A DNA stretch of 64,000 nt from Dehalococcoidales bacterium (GTDB lineage: Bacteria > Chloroflexota > Dehalococcoidia > Dehalococcoidales > UBA5627), in assembly GCA_034429935.1 (NCBI GenBank), contig DAOUFJ010000018.1:19862-83861 (forward strand), given 5' to 3'. A model generated the notes under the pieces. The model searched no databases. It saw only the letters and a list, made by a program, of their open reading frames with translations, and had not been told where the DNA came from. Every line of letters starts with the position of its first letter. Position 1 is the stretch's first letter. Of this stretch, positions 25,959 through 36,480 are shown in pieces. The position numbers were made by a program, and so were the translations under genes.

Positions 25959-27116
25959 TTACTCGTACCCCGTCATCTCTAAATATCCTGTGCCGATAAC
26001 TTCATCGGGATTTTGTTCATCGTAGATATTCACCGCACCCTCCCAGTAGCGCGTGCTCAGGTCTAATTCCTGTCCGTTGAAAGCGGCTTCGATTATGAAT
26101 GTCTTTCCGAGGGGCATCACCTGCGCCTGCCATTTTACCGAATAAACTACTCCCGTGGTGCTCTTCCACGTTTCTAGAACCGTCAGTACAATGTCTCCGG
26201 TTTCCAGTTTTTCGGTAGTGCCGTCGCCGTTGACTATCAGGCCTTCGTTATAAGGGTAAACGCTGCCGTCCTTGTATCTCAACTGGAAGTAGACGATTTC
26301 GGTATTATCGTTCAACTGCATTGAGAACCAGTCCCAGCCGCCCTGGTCTTCACTGAGGGTGCTGGTGCTCCATTCACGGTCGAGCCAGCTGTTGCCGCTG
26401 ACTTCATATCTCGTGCCATCTATCTCGATATAACCGTCGGTCGCCAGCCTGGTAATCGAGTAGTAGTATGAGGCGCTGGCTTTATCGACGCTCTTGTAGC
26501 TGAGGCCGTTATCCCCCTCGAAGACGATATTCTTCAAGGGCGTTACGTCTAATGACAGCGTTACGCCGTCTTTCGAGGCGTAAAGCTGCCAGGGGAAGTC
26601 TCCGTCACCCGTGCCCAGTATATACCAGTCCTCCACATTGATTTTGAATGGTTCTTCCTGATAACCGGCAAGCCCCAGCGCATCGCGGTTGAACTTTTCG
26701 AAACAGTAGAATTCCTCATTCTCTATGTCCGATATCGTGAAGTGAGCCATGTAGATCTGGCTGGTTCCCCAGTCAGAAACCCTGGTTATGTCCATCGGGC
26801 TTAAAGAAATTCGGAAGAAGGTCAACTGGTAACCGAAACGGTTGCCTTCCTCATCGTAAAGATTCCCTGTAAAATACCACCACTCATTGCGGAAATCCTC
26901 GTGGGGCGCGTGATCGGCAGGAAAGCTGAAGTCTATTACCTTATCTGCGATGCTGTATCCCTCCGTATCGCTGTTGCTCAACGCTTCGATGATATTGATT
27001 TTTGCTCCGCCTGTGCTGGCTTTTTCGCAGCTACAGCCGCTGAAAGTAGCGGATGCCGTTATCAGGATTAAAACCAGCAGGGGGCAGATTAATTTCAGGC
27101 TCGAACTTTTCAGCAT
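25959..27116 (-). CDS. AttH/CrtC-like lipocalin-domain lipoprotein
   Basis: 385 aa. Signal peptide with lipobox (ATFSGC). HAPHEDFRNEWWYFTGNLYDEEGNRFGYQLTFFR is typical of the AttH/hydroxyneurosporene-synthase-like family. Lies 1 nt downstream of the FtsX permease. Confidence 0.75.
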   Translation of the reverse strand: MLKSSSLKLICPLLVLILITASATFSGCSCEKASTGGAKINIIEALSNSDTEGYSIADKVIDFSFPADHAPHEDFRNEWWYFTGNLYDEEGNRFGYQLTFFRISLSPMDITRVSDWGTSQIYMAHFTISDIENEEFYCFEKFNRDALGLAGYQEEPFKINVEDWYILGTGDGDFPWQLYASKDGVTLSLDVTPLKNIVFEGDNGLSYKSVDKASASYYYSITRLATDGYIEIDGTRYEVSGNSWLDREWSTSTLSEDQGGWDWFSMQLNDNTEIVYFQLRYKDGSVYPYNEGLIVNGDGTTEKLETGDIVLTVLETWKSTTGVVYSVKWQAQVMPLGKTFIIEAAFNGQELDLSTRYWEGAVNIYDEQNPDEVIGTGYLEMTGYE

Positions 27117-27117
27117 T

Positions 27118-29652
27118 CTATTCCTCCCTCAGGGCTTCGGCAGGTGAGGTTTTCGACATTTTCCATGCCGGGTAAACGCTGGCGAGCAAAGACGCTCCTA
27201 TAGCAATTGCCAGTGCTTCCAGTATTGTTCCGGCCCCGATGGTCATCTGGATGCTCCACCCGAAAGAGCGGATATTGATTGTCTGGATAAGAATGACAGA
27301 CATGGCTATTCCCAGCGGAATCGCCAGCAACCCGGAAATCGTTCCCATTGTTCCTGTTTGCAGGCTGGTCATGCCCCATATCTGCCTGGGGGTAACCCCG
27401 GCAGCCCGCAGGATGCCGATTTCCTTGATTTTTTCGAGCTGGTAAGCCATCAGTGCGCTCAGTATGCCGATGAAGGCTACGATAATCGCCAGAAACTCCA
27501 GCACCCTGGTAATCAGGAAGGTGCGGTCGAAAAGGTCTAACACGTCAGCCCTGATGGTATAGCTGTCGGTTACCGTAATCCCGGTTTTTCCCGAGACGAT
27601 GGCTTTTACTTCGGTCATAATAGCGTCTTTGTCGCCTATATTTTCGAGATATAACCCGAGAGAAGCGATAGTGTCATCGTGCCAGTAAGCCGTATATATT
27701 TTTTGCGCCATGATAATCTTGCCGGAATCCGTGCTGTAGTCATAATAGATGCCGCTGATTTCGTACTCACGTTGCCCTTCACCGGTAGTAAAAACGACGG
27801 TATCCCCGACGGCCAGGTCGTGCTTGTAGGCATAGGGTTCCGATATATAGATAGCTTCTCCGTCAGTTAAACTCTCCCAGGCTGCCAGGTCGTTCCCCGA
27901 TTTCAACTGGTATTCGGTGCGGCACTGTTCAACAGGTGTAATGATATCTACTTCCGCCCGTCCGTAATCGGTTTCCAGGAATACCGTTTTCAGTCCCTTG
28001 GTAGCCTCGATGCCGTCCAGCGCCGTTATCTGTGCCACAACATCTTCGGGTAAGGGCGTTTCGGCAGTGCTGGAGACGTTTTCCATAGTGTTGACATAAA
28101 TATCTCCCTGTATCGCCTGCTGCATCCAGAGCTCCACCGTCGTGCGGAAGCTCTCTATCATGATTCCCATGCCGATAACCACCGAAATTGCCACCACCAT
28201 GGCGGCTATGGCCGTTCCGGTGCGGCTGATGGAACCGGCGATGCCGGTAACCGCCATCTTGTAGAGAACACTGGTTTTACTGCCCACCCTGTTCATAAAA
28301 ATACCGAGATATTTAGATATAAATTCGGCGATGACAGGCACGCACAATGCAAATCCGATTACCAGCAGGAATAACGAGGCGAATCCGGCAATCAGGCTGC
28401 TCTCCGACAGATACAGGATAATCACCGATAAGGCTATCATACCCAATCCTGTGAGTGTAATTTTAGGTAAAAGCTTCTGTGCAAGGCTTTCGATTACCGA
28501 GCGGAACCTGACGATTTGCGGTCTGGATGCGGCGGCTTCAAAAGCCGGGATAAAAGCGGCAACCAGGGAAGTGATGATACCGAGCAGCACTCCCTTTACG
28601 AATATCCCCGAGGAGAGTTCGAAAGTGGTTACCGTCAGCGTAAAATAGAGGCTGTCTATGGTGCCGGCGACCAGTTTTACCATTCCCTGTCCGAGTGCGA
28701 TTCCCAGAAGCACGCCGATTCCGGTGCCGATTATCGATATGACGGCTGCCTCGATTAAAACCTCGGTAAATATTTCCCTGCGGGTGGCGCCCAGCACGCG
28801 CAACGAACCCAGCAGCCCCCGGCGCTGCAGTACCGAGAATGTCATGGTGTTGTATATCAGGAACATGCCGACAAGTAATGCCAGCATGCTCATGGCCGTC
28901 AGATTTGTCCTGAAGGCATCTGTCATATTGAGAGTGGACTCGTTGCTGGCGGTTGTGGAAGAAAGCGTCATTCCTTCCGGCAGCCACGCTTCGATTTCTG
29001 CAATTGTGTCCTTATCGTCTTCGGGAATTACCAGGCTGATGTTGTCGATAGAGCCGGTTTTCCCTAAAAGTTCCTGCCCTGTCGAGATATCGGCAACAAG
29101 TATTCCGTCGAGTTTTGAATCTTCTTCGGTTCCCGCATAGCCGATGACTTTTATCTCAGTTTCTACTCCGCCGACCGAAATGGTTACCGTATCGCCGGTA
29201 GCGATATTCATCCTTTGCGCCATGACGTATGGAATGAGAACGGTGTCCGGTTCTACAAGTAAAGCGAGTGCCGATGTATCGAATGTGCCGCTCATTTCAT
29301 CGGTCATGTATGAACTGGAGAAGATATCCAGCCCCATAAGTTGAACAGCTTCTCCCTTTAGTTTTACATACCCTTCGACGACCGGGGAGGCTTCTATCCG
29401 GGGGAATTCCATTGTCAGTTCCACATAGAAATTTTCATCCATCCCCAGCGGACCGCCGGTGATCTGGTGAGTGGCCGTCCCGGTAACGTTCTCAACCGAG
29501 AGTTCGAAGGCTTTTTGTGCACTGGTATTGGCGATATCTATGGATACGACGACGGCGACGCCGATGGAGACGCCGATAATGGAAAGCAGAATCACCCAGG
29601 GGTGCTTGAAAAAATACTTCCAGATGGAACGTGAAAGTATCGGGGTTACCAT
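27118..29652 (-). CDS. ABC transporter permease with two FtsX/MacB-type domains
   Basis: 844 aa. Two repeats of (TM, large extracytoplasmic loop, 3 TM) with FtsX-type motifs (RRGLLGSLRVLGATRREI; EIGILRAAGVTPRQI). Overlaps the ATPase gene by 7 nt. Confidence 0.85.
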   Translation of the reverse strand: MVTPILSRSIWKYFFKHPWVILLSIIGVSIGVAVVVSIDIANTSAQKAFELSVENVTGTATHQITGGPLGMDENFYVELTMEFPRIEASPVVEGYVKLKGEAVQLMGLDIFSSSYMTDEMSGTFDTSALALLVEPDTVLIPYVMAQRMNIATGDTVTISVGGVETEIKVIGYAGTEEDSKLDGILVADISTGQELLGKTGSIDNISLVIPEDDKDTIAEIEAWLPEGMTLSSTTASNESTLNMTDAFRTNLTAMSMLALLVGMFLIYNTMTFSVLQRRGLLGSLRVLGATRREIFTEVLIEAAVISIIGTGIGVLLGIALGQGMVKLVAGTIDSLYFTLTVTTFELSSGIFVKGVLLGIITSLVAAFIPAFEAAASRPQIVRFRSVIESLAQKLLPKITLTGLGMIALSVIILYLSESSLIAGFASLFLLVIGFALCVPVIAEFISKYLGIFMNRVGSKTSVLYKMAVTGIAGSISRTGTAIAAMVVAISVVIGMGIMIESFRTTVELWMQQAIQGDIYVNTMENVSSTAETPLPEDVVAQITALDGIEATKGLKTVFLETDYGRAEVDIITPVEQCRTEYQLKSGNDLAAWESLTDGEAIYISEPYAYKHDLAVGDTVVFTTGEGQREYEISGIYYDYSTDSGKIIMAQKIYTAYWHDDTIASLGLYLENIGDKDAIMTEVKAIVSGKTGITVTDSYTIRADVLDLFDRTFLITRVLEFLAIIVAFIGILSALMAYQLEKIKEIGILRAAGVTPRQIWGMTSLQTGTMGTISGLLAIPLGIAMSVILIQTINIRSFGWSIQMTIGAGTILEALAIAIGASLLASVYPAWKMSKTSPAEALREE

Positions 29653-30350
29653 GCGATTTCCTTGCTGTGCTTTTTGAGCGTGCCTTCCTCCAGCAGCAAC
29701 AGCCTGTCGGCGAATTTGGCTACCTCCTTACTGTGGGTAACCATTATCAGGTTTTTATTCCTCTGCCGTATCAATCTGTCCATTATATTCAGAATGTTAT
29801 GCCCCGTATCTTTATCGACGTTCCCGGTAGGTTCGTCCGCCAGAATGATGAGCGGGTCGTGTACCAGAGCACGGATGATGGCGATGCGCTGCTGTTCGCC
29901 GCCGGAGAGTTTATCCGGATAATCGTTCTTCCGGTCGAAAAGGCCGACCTCGTTCAGCAATTCCATCGCGGATTCTTTATTATTCAAACCGTTGAGTTCG
30001 AGGGGCAGCAGGATGTTCTCCATCACCGTCAGCGTCGGAATCAGGTTGAAAAACTGGAAGACGAAACCGATATTCTTGCGGCGGAACAGGGTTCTTTTCT
30101 GCTCGCTGAGGTTGGTGATATCCACCCCGTTGATGATTATCTGCCCGCTATCGAGCTTGTCGATTCCGCTGATGACATTCAGCATGGTCGATTTTCCCGA
30201 ACCGCTGCGTCCCAGCAGGGCAACGCATTCGCCCCTTGCAAAATCGGCATCTATATCTTTGAGTACCGTATGTATTACACTGCCTTCGACATAGCTTTTA
30301 GTAGCTTTTTGCAGGGAAATCAGGGGCGAGTTTTCATTTTCTTTATTCAT
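29646..30350 (-). CDS. ABC transporter ATP-binding protein (MacB/LolD-like)
   Basis: Walker A GRSGSGKST, signature LSGGEQQRIAIIRAL, Walker B LIILADEPTGNVD. The track ORF extends to 30458; I prefer ATG 30350 (MNKENENSPLISLQK). Confidence 0.9.
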   Translation of the reverse strand: MNKENENSPLISLQKATKSYVEGSVIHTVLKDIDADFARGECVALLGRSGSGKSTMLNVISGIDKLDSGQIIINGVDITNLSEQKRTLFRRKNIGFVFQFFNLIPTLTVMENILLPLELNGLNNKESAMELLNEVGLFDRKNDYPDKLSGGEQQRIAIIRALVHDPLIILADEPTGNVDKDTGHNILNIMDRLIRQRNKNLIMVTHSKEVAKFADRLLLLEEGTLKKHSKEIAW

Positions 30351-30496
30351 ATTCTTTTCCTGTGTTGTCTGTTTGGAAGCAGGTATCGATATGACTATTG
30401 TAATTTGTATAGGTTTTTCTTTCAACAATGAAGACAGATAATGTATAATCAAAGCCAACGATATATCTCATCGGCATTTCTTGTGGAGAGTGAATT

Positions 30497-32254
30497 TTGC
30501 TGCTAGAGTTGAGAGTAAAAGATTTCGGTATCATCGAAGATATAAACTGGAATCTGAGTGAAGGGCTTAACGTCATCACCGGCGAAACCGGCGCCGGTAA
30601 ATCGCTGGTTATCGATGCGGTGGAGGTCTTGCTCTCCGGGAAAATCGAAGAGGAGAATATCCGCTATGGCTCCGATGGCACTTATATCGAGGGTTTATTC
30701 GCTCTTCCCGATAGGAAAAGTTCTCTGGACGGGCTTAAGTCGTTGATGGACGAAAACGGCTTATCAGCCGATGACGGAACGCTGGTGATAAGCTGTGAAC
30801 TAAAGAGGCAGGGGCGCAGCGTGATTCGCATCAACCGGCGGGCGGTTCCCCGCAGTCTTCTGTCGCAGGTCGGGGCATATCTAATCGATATTCATGGGCA
30901 GAGCGACCATTTGTCTTTGCTCAATACGGATTATCATATAGATTTCCTCGATTCCTATGCGCATACGCTCGATTTACGTCAGAAGTTCGCTTCACTTTAC
31001 TCGGAGCTTTCGAAGGCGGAGTCCGAGCTGGAATCACTGGCTAAAGCAGATAAAGATACATCCGCACAGGAAGAGTTGCTGCGTTTTCAGGCAGATGAGA
31101 TAAAAAAGGCAAAGCTGGTGGATGGCGAAGATACTGAACTGGAGCGGGAACTCAAGATAATATCGTCCAGCGAGCAGTTGAAGTCATCTTCATTCGAAGT
31201 TTACAGCATGTTAAACGGAGAAGATTCATCCTCGTCCTCGATATCTGCCCTGGAGGCACTGAACCGCGCAGTCCGCATTATTGCAAGATTGTCCGAACTT
31301 GACCCTGCTTTGAAGCCGGAACTGGCGATGCTGGAAGGGGTTGTTCCCGATGTCGAAGAAACAGCGCGCAGTATCCGCAACTATTCGGAGAACATGGAAT
31401 TCGATGCGGGGCGTCTGGCGGAAATCGAAGACCGCCTCGAGCTTATCAGGAATCTCAAGAGAAAATACGGGCAGTCCATTCCGGATATCATCTCTTATCT
31501 GGAAGGAATTGAAAGCAAGCTGGGTAAATTCTCCAATTCCGTTGAACGCATCGAAGAACTCAAGAAACAGTCGGCTTTACTCAGACAGGAACTGGGGAAA
31601 CTGGCCTGCGAACTGTCATCTTTACGCAATCAGGCGGCCAAAAAACTGATATCGCAAGTGAACAGCGAGCTTGCCGATTTGAAGATGGAGCAGGTGAAGT
31701 TCGGTGTCTCTATGGTCCAAAAAAAATCCGTTAGCGGGATACCCTCTCCAGATGGTGAGAATTACGAGTTTGCGAAGCGGGGTATAGATACCGTGGAGTT
31801 CATGGCTTCCACCAATCCCGGGGAACCCTTCAAGCCGCTGGCAAAAATAGCCTCGACCGGCGAAATCTCACGCTTCATGCTGGCTCTCAAGGGAGCATTT
31901 TCGAAGACGGATAACATTCCCATACTGGTTTTCGATGAAATCGATATCGGGGTGGGGGGCAGGTGTGGGGAGGTTATCGGTGAAAAGCTGTGGGCGCTGG
32001 CAAAAGACAGGCAGGTTTTGTGTATAACGCACCTGCCGCAAATAGCTGTTTTTGCCGATGCGCACCACGCCATTCGCAAGAATACGGACGGTTCGCGAGC
32101 CTCGACCACTCTTGAAAGTCTCAAGGGAGAGGCTTTAATCGAGGAACTTACCATGATGCTGGTAGGTTCGCAGTGTACGGAAGCCTCCGTTAAAAGCGTC
32201 AAGGAACTGATGCAGAAGGCACAGGACTGGAAGAAGGGGAATAAGACGAATTAA
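30497..32254 (+). CDS. recN: DNA repair protein RecN
   Basis: 585 aa. N-terminal MLLELRVKDFGIIEDINWNLSEGLNVITGETGAGKS, long coiled coil, C-terminal ...ISRFMLALK...PILVFDEIDIGVGG...CITHLPQIA. TTG start. Confidence 0.93.
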   Translation: MLLELRVKDFGIIEDINWNLSEGLNVITGETGAGKSLVIDAVEVLLSGKIEEENIRYGSDGTYIEGLFALPDRKSSLDGLKSLMDENGLSADDGTLVISCELKRQGRSVIRINRRAVPRSLLSQVGAYLIDIHGQSDHLSLLNTDYHIDFLDSYAHTLDLRQKFASLYSELSKAESELESLAKADKDTSAQEELLRFQADEIKKAKLVDGEDTELERELKIISSSEQLKSSSFEVYSMLNGEDSSSSSISALEALNRAVRIIARLSELDPALKPELAMLEGVVPDVEETARSIRNYSENMEFDAGRLAEIEDRLELIRNLKRKYGQSIPDIISYLEGIESKLGKFSNSVERIEELKKQSALLRQELGKLACELSSLRNQAAKKLISQVNSELADLKMEQVKFGVSMVQKKSVSGIPSPDGENYEFAKRGIDTVEFMASTNPGEPFKPLAKIASTGEISRFMLALKGAFSKTDNIPILVFDEIDIGVGGRCGEVIGEKLWALAKDRQVLCITHLPQIAVFADAHHAIRKNTDGSRASTTLESLKGEALIEELTMMLVGSQCTEASVKSVKELMQKAQDWKKGNKTN

Positions 32255-32257
32255 TAA

Positions 32258-32446
32258 CCCCTCCCCGGATGCTTTGTTCGACCACCACGAACTCAGCATG
32301 ACAGTTATTTTTACCCTCTTTTCCAGTGGAAGGATACCTCCCTTTTAAAAGGGTACCCTGTCGCTCTGAGCGAAGCGAAGAGCCTGGATGCCATTCGACA
32401 ACTGTATAATTCTTCGGTCTGATTTATCAGGCCTCAAGGATGGCAG
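32258..32446. repeat. Intergenic array of modular palindromic repeats (array R3)
   Basis: 32258-32302 is the reverse complement of the GTCATGCTGAGTTCGTG...GCATCCGGGGAGGGG module. 32340-32353 is the perfect palindrome CCCTTTTAAAAGGG. 32358-32446 is CTGTCGCTCTGAGCGAAGCGAAGAGCC...ATTCTTCGGTC...CAAGGATGGCAG, an imperfect long inverted repeat. Confidence 0.8.
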
Positions 32447-32719
32447 AAATATTACTTATGTCTTTTATCGGGGCGGGTATCTAAATTACACAAAATATGC
32501 AACGAAAAAGTGTTGCTGCAATACACTTTTTACGACGAAAAAATGTATTGAAATCGCCCTTTTTGCAATGAACTTTGCTTAATTAGCCATAAAAAATTTT
32601 GCATGAGGTGGCTTTGAAAAACACTGGAAACTATAAAATTATTCCGGCAGGAATTGTTTTGCTTCTCCTTTGGTAAAGCTCAGAATACCGGGATTTCCCT
32701 TCTGTTGAAAATTACTCAT

Positions 32720-32750
32720 AAAGAAAAACCCCCTCGTTATTTCGAGGGGG
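32720..32750 (-). terminator. Rho-independent terminator of the ect operon
   Basis: Stem CCCCCTCG (32729-32736), loop TTATTT, stem CGAGGGGG (32743-32750). On the minus strand it is followed by a TTTTTCTTT run (plus-strand A-run 32720-32728). Lies 19 nt downstream of the ectC stop. Confidence 0.75.
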
Positions 32751-32768
32751 TTGCAGTCAGTTCGTTAT

Positions 32769-33164
32769 CTATTTATCGTCTGCCGGGTACGAGCCGTCTT
32801 CGTCGTGCACTTCATCGCCTCTCAAGGCCGGATAGAAAGTACATACCATGTGCATATCCTCGGTTCCTCCGCGCAGGATATGCCTGTCATGGTTGTTGAG
32901 AGCATACAAAGTCCCGGCAGTAATGCTATGGGTAATCCCGGTAGCCAGGTCCTCGATACTGCCGTTGCCGGATACGCAGTACACTGCCTCGAGGTGGTTT
33001 TTATACCATATCTTCGATTCGGTGCCGGCTTTTATGATGGTATCGTTTACCGAAAAACCCATGCCGTCTTTTTTGTTTATCAGCCTGCGGCTTTTCCAGT
33101 TGCCGTGCGGGTCTGCGACATCGTTGTCCGTATTTATAATCTCGTCAAGCTTGCGAATTATCAA
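32769..33164 (-). CDS. ectC: L-ectoine synthase
   Basis: 131 aa cupin. MIIRKLDEI...NWKSRRL...GMGFSVNDTIIKAGTE...WYKNHLEAVYCVSG is typical EctC. Last gene of the ectABC order. Confidence 0.92.
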   Translation of the reverse strand: MIIRKLDEIINTDNDVADPHGNWKSRRLINKKDGMGFSVNDTIIKAGTESKIWYKNHLEAVYCVSGNGSIEDLATGITHSITAGTLYALNNHDRHILRGGTEDMHMVCTFYPALRGDEVHDEDGSYPADDK

Positions 33165-34440
33165 TTATTCCCAGTCCTCCGTCATCGTTATTTTTAGCTT
33201 CCATCAAAGCAACTATGGATTCCTCTATAATATCCAGTCCTTTTACGAGTAGATTCTCTTCGATTATCAGCGGCGGCAGGAATTTCAGTACGCTGTGTTC
33301 GGCTCCGGCCAGCTCTATCATAAGTCCCCTGCAGAAACTTTCCCTGGATACCTGGCGCGCCATTCCCTTGGGCGCTATATCAAGACCGTATATCATGCCG
33401 CGTCCGCGCACCTTGCAATTGAGTTCGGGATATTTATCGGCGATAATTTTCAACCTGTCCCGCATAATCTTTTCCTTGGTTTTTATCAGTTCGGCGAGTT
33501 CGTCGGTCTTCCAGTATTCGAAGAGCTTTGTGGCGGCTATAAAAGCAAGGTTGTTGCCGCGGAAGGTGCCGGTATGCTCGCCCGGCTTCCACTGGTCGAG
33601 TTCGGGGCGTACCAGTACCAGGGCGAGGGGCAGCCCGCCGCCGATTGATTTAGACATGGTGATGATATCAGGTGATATACCTGCTTCTTCGAAGCTGAAA
33701 AAGGTTCCGGTGCGCCCGTTTCCTACCTGTATATCGTCGACGATAAGCAGAATATCGAATTCGCGGCAGATATGTTCTATTTCAACCAGCCATTCCTTGC
33801 TGGCTACGTTGACTCCGCCTTCGGCCTGTACCGTTTCCAGGATAATGGCGGCCGGCAGGTCGATGCCGCTGCTTCCGTCTTCTAAGAACCGGCGCAGGTA
33901 TTGAGCGGTGTCGACTCCTTCGCCGAAATAGCCGTCGAACGGCATGAATGAAACGTTGGAGCGGTTGATGAACGATTCGTCGCGGTAGAAGGCGTTGCCG
34001 GTTACCGCCATCGACCCCATGGTCAGCCCGTGAAAACCGTTGGTGAAAGAGATAACATTGGAACGGCCTTTTACCATGCGCGCCAGTTTGAGCGCCGTTT
34101 CAACCGCATTGGTTCCCGTCGGTCCTGTAAACTGCACTTTGTAATCCATGTGCCTCGGCTGCAGAATATCGTAGTAAAATCTTTCCAGGAAGTGTTTCTT
34201 GGCAGTGGTAGCCTGGTCTAAACTGTGTACTATTCCGTCCTGTTGCAGGTATTCTATGAGTGCCTGGTTTACGGTCGGGTTGTTATGCCCGTAGTTAAGC
34301 ACGCCTGCCCCGGCGAAGAAATCGATGTATTCTTTTTCCTGTTCGTCGTAGAGCAGGGCACCTTTCGCTCTGGTAAAAATGGTCGGGAACGACCTGACAT
34401 AGCTTCTGACCTGTGATTCCACCTGATCGAAAATTCTCAT
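33145..34440 (-). CDS. ectB: Diaminobutyrate--2-oxoglutarate transaminase
   Basis: 431 aa class-III aminotransferase. MRIFDQVESQVRSYVRSFP..., DDIQVGNGRTGTFFSFE, and the PLP-Lys context MSKSIGGGLP. Sits between ectA and ectC. Confidence 0.92.
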   Translation of the reverse strand: MRIFDQVESQVRSYVRSFPTIFTRAKGALLYDEQEKEYIDFFAGAGVLNYGHNNPTVNQALIEYLQQDGIVHSLDQATTAKKHFLERFYYDILQPRHMDYKVQFTGPTGTNAVETALKLARMVKGRSNVISFTNGFHGLTMGSMAVTGNAFYRDESFINRSNVSFMPFDGYFGEGVDTAQYLRRFLEDGSSGIDLPAAIILETVQAEGGVNVASKEWLVEIEHICREFDILLIVDDIQVGNGRTGTFFSFEEAGISPDIITMSKSIGGGLPLALVLVRPELDQWKPGEHTGTFRGNNLAFIAATKLFEYWKTDELAELIKTKEKIMRDRLKIIADKYPELNCKVRGRGMIYGLDIAPKGMARQVSRESFCRGLMIELAGAEHSVLKFLPPLIIEENLLVKGLDIIEESIVALMEAKNNDDGGLGIIDNSQA

Positions 34441-34442
34441 TT

Positions 34443-34955
34443 TTATTTATCTCCTTTTAATTTGAATGGTCCGATTCTGAGCAACCTCTCTTCTTCATGC
34501 CCATTTCCTAAAAGGTCACTTGAGAAGCATTCGCTCTCTTTACAGTCGGCTTCGTTTTTTTCAATTATCCTTTGAAATAATGCGCGTGACTCCTTGTTTG
34601 AGGGGGTAATTGTCGTTTCCAGATAACTGAAGCCGTTTTCAGCAGCCAGCAGTATAAGACTATCGAGTAAGCCGGTACCAACCCCGAGTTTGTGAAAATC
34701 TGGGTCAACACCTATCTGCCATATAAAGAGGGTATCGGTGAAATGTGGGTGAGGATATGCCGATACAAAACCGATTGTTTTCTTGTCGGCCTCTGCTACC
34801 AGGCAATATTTATTAAAATGTGAACAAAGTAGCAGGTAGCAATAGCGGGAGTTGAGGTCTAGCGGGGGACAGCTTTTAGCAATTTCGTATACTGCCGGGC
34901 CGTCTGTTTTTACAGCGTTTCGTATGCTGAAATTTATTTTCTTTTTATTATTCAT
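34443..34955 (-). CDS. ectA: L-2,4-diaminobutyrate N-gamma-acetyltransferase
   Basis: 170 aa GNAT (VDPDFHKLGVGTGLL). First gene of an ectA-ectB-ectC arrangement. Confidence 0.85.
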   Translation of the reverse strand: MNNKKKINFSIRNAVKTDGPAVYEIAKSCPPLDLNSRYCYLLLCSHFNKYCLVAEADKKTIGFVSAYPHPHFTDTLFIWQIGVDPDFHKLGVGTGLLDSLILLAAENGFSYLETTITPSNKESRALFQRIIEKNEADCKESECFSSDLLGNGHEEERLLRIGPFKLKGDK

Positions 34956-35523
34956 AATATGGCAATAAAGGACTTATTTTATATTAAATCTGCATACTCG
35001 AATTTAAACCGGCATCCGTTTAATGAAACGGGGCAGGGTTATTAATCTTTTACTCTCCGGGCATAATATCTTTTACGATATGATTTAACGGTATATGCCT
35101 GGAAATGAGTAAAAGATTCAGCGGTAAGGGATTTACGGGTTGGAGAGTTATGCAGGGAAGGTCAACACATGATATTACTTATCTTGGAATTTCAACAGGA
35201 GTCAGATTTATTTCCCCCGGATTATTTTGGGGCTATAGGGTTATCACACATTGATTTTAATATTAAATTTTAAGTCTTTTATCGAACTTATATTAACTCC
35301 TTATAATATGGAAAAACCTTGCTTTTCGGGAGCGCCGTACAAATCTGTTTTATTTAGCTTTAATTGATGGTTTTCCGCTTCTTTTACGGGGGCATTGTAG
35401 CATGTATCCCCTGAAAAACACAAATATTCAATGTATTTTTACTGCCTGATAATGATATATCGGGTGGAATCAAGTATAATGGACTTGTACAGGAGTTAAT
35501 ACTTTACAGGGTTAACAACAGAA

Positions 35524-36123
35524 ATGTCAGGTATATTATGTATCGGCGGCAGTCCCAGGGCAGGCGGCAATTCGGATATTTTGATGGAGCAGTTCATCAA
35601 GGGAGTAACGTGCCGGGATTTTGCCGCAGAAGCCATTCAGCTTCGAGACTATCGGTTCCAATCGTGCAAGGGTTGTGAGAAATGCCGCAAAGACGGGAGT
35701 TGCACCGGAATTCAGGATGACATGCAGCTTGTTTATCCTAAAATCATTGCAAGCAGTGGTTTGATACTGGTTTCCCCGGTGCATAACTATAATATTACGG
35801 CTATTATGAAATCATTTATAGACAGGCTGTATTGCTTCTATAATTTCGATGGTGAACGTCCCGGCGAATGGTCCAGCCGCCTGGCGAATCAGGGTAGGAA
35901 AGCGGTAATCGCTGCAATCGGGGAGCAGGTCAGTTATGAAGATAGCGGGGTATTGCTGGCATTACAGGCGATGAGGCTTCCGCTGGAAGCCCTGGGTTAT
36001 CAGGTCATCGGGGAATTGCCGGTTACCGGTGTTTTTCATAAGGGAAAGATATTGCAGTATCCGGAAATACTTAATCAAGCAGAGCGTATGGGGAGGCAAT
36101 TAAAGGATGATATGACCGGCTGA
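35524..36123 (+). CDS. Iron-sulfur flavoprotein (Isf-like NADPH-dependent FMN reductase family)
   Basis: 199 aa flavodoxin-like protein (ILCIGGSPRAGGNSD) with the compact Isf-type Cys motif CKGCEKCRKDGSC. Confidence 0.75.
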   Translation: MSGILCIGGSPRAGGNSDILMEQFIKGVTCRDFAAEAIQLRDYRFQSCKGCEKCRKDGSCTGIQDDMQLVYPKIIASSGLILVSPVHNYNITAIMKSFIDRLYCFYNFDGERPGEWSSRLANQGRKAVIAAIGEQVSYEDSGVLLALQAMRLPLEALGYQVIGELPVTGVFHKGKILQYPEILNQAERMGRQLKDDMTG

Positions 36124-36480
36124 TATATCTCTAATCACTGTCAATTTATAATTGATAGGACGCTTGTAATTGTTCACAATATATACACTATTTATCTTCT
36201 TTTATATAAAAAAACAGGTTATTAATATTGACTGGTCCTATAGAACTATGTTAAGGTAGGTTAAGATGATTAACACAAATCAATATAAATTCCAATATTA
36301 TTTCCCGTAACCGGAAATAATAACTGAATAATAAAACCTCTGATTATTTCAATTATCCATTTCATAATTTACTAATACATTAATCTCTTTTTCAATGCCC
36401 TTATTATTATTCTATCCCGATTAGTTTTTACCTGTTGTCATATTATGCCTATTCTATTTCTCACTATTTTTATAAAAATT

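Noticed and set aside
29631-30431. 266-aa plus-strand ORF covering the ABC ATPase locus
   Set aside because: It is exactly antisense to a minus-strand gene with Walker A, signature and Walker B motifs. The plus-frame product has no recognisable features.
32388-32582. 64-aa plus-strand ORF and possible small RNA in the recN-ectC convergent spacer
   Set aside because: The ORF starts inside repeat array R3 and has no RBS. Several small hairpins are present (e.g. AAAAAGTGT...ACACTTTTT), but I cannot support a specific RNA gene without covariance or expression data.
33215-33904. 229-aa and 117-aa plus-strand ORFs inside ectB
   Set aside because: They are antisense to a full-length class-III aminotransferase. 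The Ser/Arg/Pro-rich translations are typical of mirror frames.
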